This document shows, in pieces, positions 41,990-53,182 of a DNA stretch of 64,000 nucleotides (position 1 is its first letter; the number at the start of each line of letters is the position of its first letter). The stretch covers positions 49,600,001-49,664,000 of the forward strand of contig NC_086381.1 in the NCBI RefSeq assembly GCF_036588685.1. Reading direction: 5' to 3'. Under the pieces are notes generated by a model. It saw only the letters and a program-made list of their open reading frames with translations. It had not been told where the DNA came from and did not search any database. The position numbers and the translations under genes are program-made. This stretch comes from Mytilus trossulus (taxonomy: Eukaryota).

Positions 41990-42650
41990 CTGATAATGTG
42001 TTTGCATCGGATAAACACATTTATTCTAAAAACAGTTGTTGGCATGACACGGGTTATGGTCTTCTCATATATGTTATGATGGTATGATACTAAACCCCTA
42101 ACGGGAAGGATTGTGGCTGATGTTCATATGATGAAATCATAATCTTTCCTGTCTGATGCATGAAGTCTGGAGCTGGCATGTCAGTCAACTGCTAGTAGTC
42201 TGTTGTTATTTATGTATTATTGTCATTTTGTTTATTTTCTTTGGTGACATCTTCTGACATCAGACTCGGACTTCTCTTGAGCTGAATTTTAATGTGCGTA
42301 TTGTTATTCGTTTACTTTTCTACATTGGTTAGAGGTAAAGGGGGAGAGTTGAGATCTCACAAACATGTTTAACCCCAACGCATTTTTGCGCCTGTCCCAA
42401 GTCAGGAGCCTCTGGCCTTTGTTAGTCTTGTATTATTTCAATTTTAGTTTCTTGTGTATAATTTGGAAATTAGTATGGCGTTCATTATCACTGGACTAGT
42501 ATATATTTGTTTAGGGGCCAGCTGAAGGACGCCTCCGGTGCAACAATTTCTCTCTACATTGAAGACCTGTTGGTGACCTTCTGCTGTTGTTTTTTATTTG
42601 GTCGGGTTGTTGTCTCTTTGACACATTCCCCATTTCCATTCTCAATTTTA
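41990..42650. mobile_element. Long copy of the dispersed SINE-like repeat, inserted in the 33-bp array
   Basis: Reverse complement of 1445-1750 (ggggccagctgaaggacgcc...gttgtctctttgacacattccccatttccattctcaatttt). Confidence 0.7.
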
Positions 42651-42657
42651 TTTTTTA

Positions 42658-43037
42658 GATGTTACTTCATTCTCGTCTATAAGACAAACAGCTGTTACTT
42701 TATTCTCGTCTATAAGACAACTAGCTGTTACTTCATTCTCGTCTATAAGACAGCTATATGTTGCTTCATTCTCGTCTATAAGACAACTAGCTGTCCCTTC
42801 ATTCTCGTCTATAAGACAAACAGTTGTTACTACATTCTCGTCTATAAGACAACTAGATGATACTACATTCTCTTCTATAAGACAACTAGCTGTTATTAAA
42901 TTCTCTTCTATAAGACAACTAACTGTTACTTCATTCTCGTCTATTAGACAAACAGCTGTCAATTCATTCTTGTCTATAAGACAACTAGCTGTTACTACAT
43001 TATCGTCTATAAAACAACTAGCTGTTACTTTATTCTC
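42658..43037. repeat. 33-bp minisatellite, right block (~11 copies)
   Basis: Same unit as 41206-41884. Confidence 0.93.
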
Positions 43038-45136
43038 GAAGTTATTGTTGGGCAATTATAGTGTATTTGTTGTAATTCAAAATTTAATTTGTTTTTGACT
43101 GTTTTAATTATTTTATTTGTTAATTGGCCATAAATAAAACAGTTGTCGGAAGTTATGATAAAGCGATTAATACATGGTCTATTCCATATCGGCCCGGATA
43201 TCATCCCGAGACCCCTATATCAGCCCGAAACGTAGAGGATGTATTAATCTCTATTTAACACATGGCATGAGTAAAATCTCTTTGTTCTTTCTGTGCTATA
43301 ATCTGGATAATGCACAGCTAAGGTGCGCATTAACTACCTCAGATATACTGCACAGTTCAAATCTATTTTTACCTTTAGGGGCGGTTCCTAGATTTTGAAG
43401 TGGCGTTATTCTCGAGTTTATTGAATATGTTTTAAAAATAAATTATGATTTATGTGTCATTTCTTTTTCTTATAGAAATGAAAAGATGACTTTTATGTTT
43501 GTTTATAGTGTGGTGTGTTTTTTTTTTGTGTTATTGCCAATTGGTTCTATAATCAGTATCTGTGATTTAGGATATGTATGTTTTTTCTAATTTAATGGCT
43601 GGCTAACTGACACAATTTACCAACACTTTTTGTTCCGTATTGCAAAAATAATCCTAGCTAGATCCATATGATTAATTTCATGCTTCAGTGCTGTTGCAAT
43701 AATATAATATTTCTTTTTCTTGTTAAATAAAGATAATTCATTCAATACAAGCATCAATATAACACGTTCTTACATAAAGACTCCGGCATTAATTATCAAT
43801 AAGATTCTAACAGAGATTGTTCATTGAATAAAACTAGTTTTGAAGTTACGTCTGTTATAATTAATTGTGGGATATATGTAGCAATGTGTGTGATCTTGGT
43901 GAGCCATGCATTTTATCTGTAAAATAAAATATTAGAAATTTTATAATTTCATGCAAGCATTATCAAGTTTGCTGGCATCAGAAAGTTGTATATCTATTTG
44001 ACGGGGTAAGACTAGTTTTATTCAGATATCGTTTCTCTCCCCTTTTGTCGAGCATGCGATTTTTGTGGCAAAAGTGAGGCATAACGATCCTACATTCAGT
44101 CGTCGCCTTCGGCATCAGCGACGTCCGCAAATATTCACTCTGTGATTAAAGTTTTTGAAATTGTTATAAGGTACATAAACTATGATAGATTTGGACTGTT
44201 TATGATCATTAAACAGTATCCAGAAATTAAATTTTGTAACACAAACTCCTGTTTATCCTATTTTTTTTTCTTTTAGAGATGACTTAGTTTTTCTGCCAGT
44301 TAACAGAACATTCCGTAAGATTTAAAAAACATTCTCAAACTATCCTTTACTTCTACACAATTTGTACAGAAGCTTGTTTATTGTCAAAAGATAGTATCTA
44401 TAATAATTAAATTTTGTCAATAAGAATACTCAACAGGTACATGTATGTGTATGTGTAACAGCATACATATTAAGCTATTAATGAAAGACGAAAATTGTAA
44501 ATTTTAAATAAAAAAGATATGCTTGCATAGTATGTTGATTTACCTATTTAGTCAGACTTATATGCATAACAACACACAACACATGGTAATCCGCGTAACT
44601 TTTCCTATTGTAAGAAAACGAAAATGATTTACTAACATTGGTTGTTGTTTCAAGATATAAGAACACACGACATCTACGTAGATTTAATGTGTATTTGTGT
44701 CTGTATCTTTCATCGTTTAAAGTAACTGTTACATCTTTCTTAGTAGTTTCAACTTGATTAGATATTGGAATCCAGATTCTAACCATACATCAATGTTTTA
44801 TAGCTACAGTGATATAAATGCATACGATTACAAATATGTATGCTAATATTTAATCTTATTTTAATTTTAACTAAGTTCTGTAATAATCTAACAACAATAT
44901 AGCAGTAATGTGTTCATGTTTTATATATAAATAATTACATTAGATGTATGTTTCATTATAATACTTTATTTTGATTGGCTAACTGCACATCACGTGTTAT
45001 TCCGTAAGCAGTTGCATCACTCAATAAAACTTTTCATTCCTGATAACACGTGGTCCCACAATAAAGTGCACAGGTGAGTAAAATACAAATATTGTAAAAT
45101 TCGTGTTTTCACGATCATAAATAAAAAATGTAATTA

Positions 45137-45286
45137 TAAGTATTGAATGCTTCTTTTTGTAACTTCATAGGGTTGTAAAAGCGTTGACCGTGCGCACATA
45201 TTTAGAATGAAGCGCGGAAACAAAATGTACTTCGGTCAACGCTTTTACACCCCAATGAATTTACAAAAAGAAGCATTCAATTCTTA
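45137..45286. repeat. 150-bp imperfect palindrome
   Basis: taag.attgaatgcttctttttgtaa.ttcat.ggg.tgtaaaagcgttgaccg / cggtcaacgcttttaca.ccc.atgaa.ttacaaaaagaagcattcaat.ctta. Confidence 0.85.
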
Positions 45287-46627
45287 AATGCAATCGACAG
45301 TGTTAATCAATGCTAATTTAATGATAACGCTTGCTTTCACTGGCGTACACAAATGTTAGCCAGGTGTATATGTATCTGATTTATTGGTTCAGTGTTTATA
45401 AGTAAATATAAATCTATCTACAATCGACTCTCGAGATCTCAAAATTAGATAAAAAATTGCATTAAACTTTAGGAAAAAGGAACTAATATATATCTACAGT
45501 ATAATATAAGTTAAATTTGTAAAGTTTTACTTTTAGTTAACATTACATTCAACGGTACAGTAGTTTGACATAAAGAGATGCTAGGTTAAGTATATTTTAT
45601 GATCCACTCAATAATAATGCTGTAAACATCCCAAAATGTTTAAAACAATTCATTTCAGGGCATTTTATAGCGGACTATGGAATATGGGCTAGGTCAATGT
45701 TGAAGACTATACGGTGACTTATAATTGTTAATGTATGTGTCAATTGGTGTCTTGCGGAGAGTAATCTCATTGTCAATCATACTAAATCTTCATTTTTATA
45801 TATACAAACGGAAAAACCATTGGACTAATTTATGTCAAAAACGAGAAACACGTATTAACCACACCAAACAGTGACATCCACTGAACAACAGGATCGATCC
45901 TGACTTTGGACTAATTCAAACAAATGCAGCGCGTTAAATCTAGTTTGCTGATGCCAAACCCTCTCCTTACCTGAGACAAAGGAACATAAGAATATGTTGT
46001 AACTGCGGTATGATGGTTTTTTTTTCTTAAGGCGTACTTTGACCTATAATTGTTAACTTTTAAACATTGTGGCTTTGATGCAGATTTACTTCATTGGCAC
46101 TATTACAACATCTTCGTATAACTTAGTTAGAATGTAATTTCCTGACAAACAGGTATAAAAGAAAACTGTGCGTTGCATTTGTGTCCTTGACTGAATAATG
46201 TCTTTTGACCATGTTGCGAGTGTTTTCAAAACTATACTTCTTTTTATTTTCATGGAGGTTTTTCAAATTGTGCATGTTGTGTTCCTGAATGCTATTTGAT
46301 ACTACGTTTTTTTAGTGGCTCAAATGTTTGGAAGGGTTAATGACAGTAGATTGTATGATTTGACCATACATTGTGGTTTTCTATCCGTCATATTAGAACT
46401 TTGAAAGCAATCTCATTTTCAAATTTATTGATTTTTTTGTCAAGTTCACACAAATGTTGCAGAGGAAATATGATATTTTTATCAATACCTACTAATTACT
46501 TTCATCATGCAATATTTTTGAACGAGATATATCATTACAAAAGAAGCATTTGTAACAGTAAAGTTAATAGGAGTGCATGTTTCTATTTTACCAAAAGAAA
46601 TAAGTTTGTTTGTCTACACATCAAACA

Positions 46628-48252
46628 ATGCTGACATCAGTAGTTTTGTGTATTATTTTTGTTCTTGTGGATCGTTCATTATTGGTTGATGCTAAAGAAA
46701 AGTTTACCAATGGTAAGTAGTGTTGATCTTTTAAAAGTGAAAACAAAGAACCAGCTTACAATTCTTTAAAATTATTTGAATTTAAAGATAATTGATTTAT
46801 ATACGATTCGTTTTCAGTTTGAAAAAAAGTTCTTATTGGTAAAAATTTTATCTCGAAAAATCCTACTTAATATTCATATGACCATAATGAATACACGATC
46901 TACACCACTCAAATTGAGATTTTGGAAAATATGGAATCAACAGCAGAGTAACGGAAATGTGACAAGTATTTCCTATTTTAAGACTGTAACTTTTATAATG
47001 GAAAATGTCAAGAGTTCTTGTAAATTGATTTTAATTAGTAATGACTAAGTTTGTTTCGGTGTGCATGTCCCCGAGGTCGTCTCCAACCCAGTAGTCAGCA
47101 ATTCGGTGTTGACATGACTATCAATTATATTGTAATTTTAATAAAGTTCCTGTTGTCAAATTTTGGGTCCTCTTTACTCTTCAACTTTGTACTTGTTTGG
47201 CTTTACAACTATTTTGAATTGAGCGTCACTGGTGGGTCTTATGTCGACGAAATGCGCGTCTGGCATATAAAATTATAATCCTGCTAACTTGATAACTATT
47301 TATACCACTGGGTCAATGCCACTGCTGGTGGACGTTTCGTTCCCTAGCGTATCACCAGCCCTGTAGTCAGCACTTCGGTGTTGGCATGAACTTCAATTAT
47401 ATGGTCATTTTGATAAATTTCCTGTTGTCAAAACTCTTTTTTCATGCATTTCTTACATACTAATTACTCTTTAAAATCAAATTTCATCGATAAATTAACA
47501 AAATTAATTAAACAATATATATTGCAGTCATTATTTCTATTCATTAGCAGACAGATCTGTCAGTATAATGGAAAGTCTTCGAAAACTAGTTAAAGAAATA
47601 CAACAACACGGTAAAGGTAAATATATTTATCGTAAAGGTTTGTATATCTACATTAAAGTGTTCAGCTCTTTCTTTTAATCGATATTTTATGTTATATTGA
47701 ACATCGTCGCAATATGATTGTATCATCAACTAATTTTATAACCAATGTGATGTGATGTACTCGAAAGTAAAACATTTTATATAAACATCAAAAAGATTTA
47801 TAAATGCAATGCTTTTTACTATCTTTGGTTATATTACAGGTCAAGATTGTAAAGCCCATCAAAAGAAAACAGTTGCCTTCTATGCTGCCCTGACTAAACA
47901 TACTTCACTATCTGGGTCTCAGACGATTGTGTACGACAAAATTTACACAAACCTTGGTCAGGCCTATGATTCTAGTAATGGTAAATTCCGTGCACCGGTC
48001 AATGGTCTTTACTACTTTGCCTGTTCTCAGATATCAACTGGTAGTACCCTCCACTTCATATTAATGAAAAATAACAACAAACTCGGCCATGGACATAGCA
48101 ATAAAAGTAATGGTTCCGGATCAGTGATAGGAACAGTAGTATTAAACAAAGGCGATGTTATGTCTATCCAACATCAATCTGGTAGCGGATCACAAACTGT
48201 ACATGGTTCAGGATATAGCACCTTCACTGGATATTTGATTGCTACTTTATAA
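46628..48252 (+). CDS. Secreted C1q-domain-containing protein (signal peptide + short helical linker + gC1q), 3 exons, ~187 aa
   Basis: Exon 46628-46712 encodes MLTSVVLCIIFVLVDRSLLVDAKEKFTN and ends at a gtaagt donor. Exon 47551(or 47548)-47616 encodes DRSVSIMESLRKLVKEIQQHGK. Exon 47840-48252 encodes VAFYAAL...IVYDKIYTNLGQAYDSSNGKFRAPVNGLYYF...YSTFTGYLI. All junctions are phase 1. AATAAA at 48497. Confidence 0.88.
47066..47436 (+). mobile_element. Retrozyme-like ~1.4-mer (272-nt period) with a mutated hammerhead, in C1q intron 1
   Basis: The direct repeat gtagtcagca.ttcggtgttg.catga...tcctgttgtcaaa occurs at 47091 and 47363. Between them, at 47221-47266, lies gagcgtca-ctggtgg-gtcttatgtcgac-gaaa-tgcgcgtctggca. 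Confidence 0.7.
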
Positions 48253-48496
48253 ATGGACATCACGTAATGATCAACGAAATGTTCTACTAGATGTCTTTTG
48301 TTTAATTTACTTATGCAGACTTGTAGTAGTAACTTTCTTAAATTATCTAGTACAAATGTACATTTGATAATCTTTTAAATTACCGTTATGTTCAAGAAGC
48401 ATTGTAGCCCATGTTAAAAAACTTCTTTTATATTGGCAATGTTCAAAATTTACAGAAGCATTTAAATTGCATACGAAAGTCTCATTAATATTAAAC

Positions 48497-48502
48497 AATA
48501 AA
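48497..48502 (+). terminator. Candidate polyadenylation signal of the C1q gene
   Basis: AATAAA about 245 nt after the stop codon. Confidence 0.4.
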
Positions 48503-48929
48503 AACCTGCGAGTGACATTGTACTAAATTAACGTTTAACTTTAATCACATGTTTTGCGGTTATTAATGATAACTATATAATATACAAATCCTGCAGAGAA
48601 AAATTTATTAAACAGATTCTTAAACTATTAAAAAATGTACGAAATGTTGGGTGTACGAGTTTGTATATAGTAGTGCCATTTCCCTTAAAAACTTGAAAAC
48701 AGAAATTTGAAAAAATCAAGATGACAACAAGATTTGTGTAGTGGAAATGTCAGTGATCTATTTGTACAAATGATTAGAAATTATCTCACCAAGAACAATA
48801 TTGAAGATATTTTTCTATGATGTTTTATTACTCGAAATAGAACATTAAAATTTTTACGTTTTTTGTTACTGTTGTTGTCTGTTGGCTGTCTACTGGTGGC
48901 TCCTTCCACTTCATATTACTCTGATCTAA

Positions 48930-49044
48930 TTTCCTTCTCTGCTGCTTTAACGAAACAGATTTCCCTACCTGGTTTTTAATACTATTATGGACGACACAAT
49001 TTACACAAACCTTGGTCAGGCCAGTGACTTTTGTCATGGTAAAA
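48930..49044 (+). pseudogene. Decayed partial duplicate of the gC1q exon
   Basis: ttctctgctgctttaacgaaacag...acgacacaatttacacaaaccttggtcaggccagtgacttttgtcatggtaaa aligns with 47875-47985 (ttctatgctgccctgactaaacat...acgacaaaatttacacaaaccttggtcaggcctatgattctagtaatggtaaa). The copy is frameshifted and truncated. Confidence 0.75.
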
Positions 49045-50671
49045 TATACTAGTTGTTACCCATTCGTTTGATGTGCTTGAGCTTTTGATTTTGTCATTAA
49101 ACTATGGGCTTTACTCTTTGAATTTGTATCCAGAACTTCATCTTAATTATTAAAATGGTTTTCTAAATTTGAATATAGATTATATTATTCTTCAAATAAA
49201 TCAAAAGGGTTTTCCGTTGCATTGGTGATTTTTTTCTTCAAGTATTTAAGGAGCAATACAGAGATCGAAAATCATTTTAGTATACTCGTATAGCGTAATG
49301 AGTACAGTTTTATGTCGATCTTCCGGCGTTATTTCTAATTGCCAATAACCAGACTGAAGGTCAATGACTGAGAATATACTAGCGATGGCTAGACAATGTA
49401 GGCATATACATATATATGCGGTATCGGGTAGGCATCATGGATAGTCGACTCATCGAACTTTCTATAAACTATACACCACTTAACTGAGTCGTCCTTCTGA
49501 CGAGCCAAACACATATTTGACCTCCATGCTGATAAAGAAGGTTTAATTACCTTCTTTTTAATTAGTCTTTCGAATACGCCTTACCTCACCTTAAGTTCTT
49601 TTAGGTATATGTCTTAAGGTTGCCTAGTTGGTGCTGCCCCTAAAGCATCTATCGGATGTTGAATAAATGAACAATAACCACAGTAAAGTTTTTCCTTTGC
49701 AATATCATCCTGATCCTTCGACTAAATTTAGTTTTTTGCTCTTGGTCACTTATCTTCTTGTTACTTTTCTCATACAGTTCAGAAAGAGAAATCTGGTGGT
49801 TTTGGAATTTCGGCCTTAATTTAAAAAAAATCAGTTTTGGTAGTCAACTCTTTAAGACTTTTCCCTTTTTCAGGAATCGTTTAGGTTTATATTGTCACAT
49901 TGACTCATGCCTATACAAAAAACTTATATACAATAGAATTTTAAAATTTAACATCAGCAATGTTGTCAATAAACACTTCGAATTGATCTATAAGATGTAA
50001 TTCCCTTTATAAAAAGATTTTACGAATTTTAATTGAGTGCTTCTTTGCCTTTCCTATACTTACAGGAAAAGTTTCCTTATATATGGATCAACCAATGAAA
50101 TTTTTCTTTCACCTTCAACGACTGGTTCAGCACTGCAATAACGGAAATCAAGTATTTCTGAATCAATAATTTAACCTAGTAAAATTACCGATGAATTAGC
50201 TGGAAGAGTAAATGATTCCTTCAACACAACTCTTGTCCTTTATCTAACCTCCTAATGAATCCATTGACCTTTTATTTCTAAGCCCTTGTTAGTATTGATT
50301 GTGATATCATAAAGGCAACAGTAGTATACCGCTGTTCAAAACTCATAAATCCATGGACAAAAATCAAAATCGTGGTAACAAACTAAAACCGAGAGAAACG
50401 CATTACATATAAGAGGAGAATAACGACATATCACAAAATGTAACACACACACAGAAACGGACTATAATATAACAATGGCCATTTTTCGGACTTGGTACAG
50501 GACATTTTTAAGGAAAAAATCGTGGGTTGAACCTGGTTTTGTGGCATGCCAAACCTCGCACTTTTATGGCCATGTGAAATATAACATCAAAATGACAACA
50601 CGGGACTACACTATAAATGAATTGGAGAACACAATTGACAAAGAATCACAGGAACAACAGCCAACAAAAGG

Positions 50672-50880
50672 CAACAAGTTCAAAATTTTAATATTCCATA
50701 AATGCATTTTGTCCGCACAAGACCTGCTAGTGACGCACAGATACAAAGGCTTGAAAGCCGAATCAAGTACAAAGTTGAACAGCATCAAGGACCAAAAGAT
50801 TAAAAGAAGTTGTACCAAAAACGGCAAGGGTTTTCAGCTGTTAGTTACCAGAACATCCCTATTATTTACCTGGGATTATT
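50672..50880 (-). mobile_element. Decayed hammerhead-bearing repeat fragment
   Basis: The minus strand reads gcgtca-ctagcag-gtc ttgtgcg gac-aaaa-tgca (degenerate core) with the same upstream flank as the 55.8-kb copy. Confidence 0.55.
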
Positions 50881-50889
50881 AATAAGATA

Positions 50890-51788
50890 AAATTGTAATT
50901 TTGATTTATCAAATAAAAAACTTGTTGAACAATCGCAAAAAGCAATGTATATATTATACTATAAGTTAAGAATTGTAAACATCCCTTGAGATCTGCAGTT
51001 TCGACTATTTCATTGTATAGTCGCTCCAATTTTACTTTAGGGGTCGGAAATCTGGGGTCATGAAAATATTGACATGATTGAAAAGGTGTACTTAAGTTTC
51101 CTAAAAAGAGTCTTGAATGTTAGATCAACAACACCAAACTATATGGTCTATTGGGAAAAGTGGCAGATTTTCATTTAAAATTAATATCAAAACTAAATAA
51201 CTATGCTTTTGGTCAAGGCTAGTGCAAAGCGGTAGTAACAAATTATCTGGAATTCTTATCAGTTAATGTATAAATTATATAACTCAGGCCAATACTCATT
51301 TAAATGGTTATCTTCCCTGAAACAAATTTTAGACGATACAGGATTTTCTTTTGTCTGGAATGCGCAGGGTGATATCAAAAGTTGGGATATTAAAAAAGAA
51401 ATAAAACAGAGATTGGTTGACCAATTCGGACAGAGTCTATCTGCTGATATGACAAACTCATCTAGAGGTGTGTTTTATTCTTCATACAAAACAATGTTTT
51501 GTATAGAGCCATATTTACTCAATCTTAAAGTGGCAGATGGATACATCTACAGTAAAAATCAAATATCAAAATCCCTATCGGAGTTGGTCGGCGGAGAAAA
51601 TACTCTAAGAGAAAATCGTATATGCTGCCATTGCGATTCAAATACCATTGGTGACGAATATCATTATTTTTTTGTATGTTCCAATAAACAAATAATGTCT
51701 TTAAGAGAAAAGTATATACCTACATATTACATAAAAAATCGTGTGCCTAAGTTGTAATAAATTATCTTGTCATGTCTTGTCTTGTCTA
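50890..51788 (+). mobile_element. 5'-truncated non-LTR retrotransposon (RTE-X-like) 3' end
   Basis: Degenerate IVAPILL.GSEIWGHENIDMIEKV.L.FLKRVLNVRSTTPNYMVY; EPYLL; RICCHCDSNTIGDEYHYFFVC zinc-knuckle; aataaa followed by a (TCTTG)n tail. Confidence 0.8.
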
Positions 51789-53182
51789 TAACATACTAGT
51801 AATAATTTTCTGATAACAAGGATCATTTCTAAGTTTCCGGGCACTGTTACCAACATTTCCGTAAACATGAGGATGTGCTATCCCTTTAGAAACTTAATAA
51901 GATAAGTTTTTACAGGTACAACCAAACTTCAAATCCAAATCTTTATAATTATGGAAAAATTGAGGAAAGTTTTTTAAGGTAATTTATGGTAACGTAACGA
52001 TATCCTAGGCCTGGTTTAATAATTTACTAGTAATACCAGATAGATTGCGTTTGTAAATGTGAAAAACGTCACAACAGACACGGGCATAGGGAACGAGCTG
52101 TGAATTATAAACACCGTACGATCGTGCCAAAGGAACACACCATCTAAAAATGTAAAATTAGCAATATGGAACGAAAAATCGTCCCTTTTGTCGTTAATTT
52201 TAGTGTGGAGTTTCCCGTTTAAAACCGAAATATCTAAATCCAGGAAAGGACAGTTATAACCTTATACATTTCATTTGATTCATTTAAAGTGGGTTCCTTG
52301 GGTTAAATTTCAGCGTGTATATCATTTGTTCTGTGAACTGAATATCGTAGGACTGCAAATTATTGTGGATGGTCCGTGAAAAAAAATCATATCTCTATAC
52401 CTGAGAGTTATGTTAAGGTATTTAGATAAATCGTTTTCTCAGACAAAATGTTGTGTGGATGATGAATATATCACAGGGATAAAATCCGTATGTTTATACG
52501 AATTACGTTTGGTTATCAGTCAAAAGCGGCAATATCACACCGGTATGATCTCTCAAGGTCACATTCGATGTAAAAACTAAAAACGACATTTGTGAATTCA
52601 TATTTTTTTTAATTCATGAAGTTGTGATTATAATTGGAAAATAATAACCATTCATTCAATATTATCAACAAACAAAACAGGAATGAATGAGTTAGGCCGT
52701 GTACAACGTTTTGCTATAAATAGAAGATACATGTAGATGCATGTAAATATGATATTATAATGTGTAAATAACTTTACTTAATCTATCGAATTCACTTTTA
52801 ATTAATGGTCTCGTTTAAATTTACGACTCGAGATGCTCTTTAACTAATTTTGCTCGCTTTCAAATAAATTGAAAATATTTTAAAATTGTAAACCTCAAAA
52901 AATTTTAAAAAGATTTTTTTTTTCGAGTCAACACCAAAAAAATGCACTCAAGTTTCTATGTTAAAATTACTCTTATACTTACGACATAACAACGTTCAAA
53001 TTAAAACAAGCCAGAGGTGTGCAACTTTTAAAAACTGGATCAGGCAACAGTGACGATGAATTTTAATTACTCCATGACATGATAATACATACAAATTCAA
53101 ATTCAAAGTAAATTTTATATACTAGTATTATAGGTTTATATACAAAATTGGTATTGTAGATAAATATTAAAACTTATATAAA

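Noticed and set aside
41224-43055. Repetitive ORFs (IDENEVTASCL)n as proteins
   Set aside because: By-product of a 33-bp unit; frames break, and there is no signal peptide or splice support.
49200-50310. Possible decayed coding/transposase sequence
   Set aside because: No continuous frame or motif I can identify.
52300-53182. SECIS element for the in-frame TGA
   Set aside because: No convincing AUGA/AA/GA kink-turn hairpin seen by eye; a computational search is still needed.
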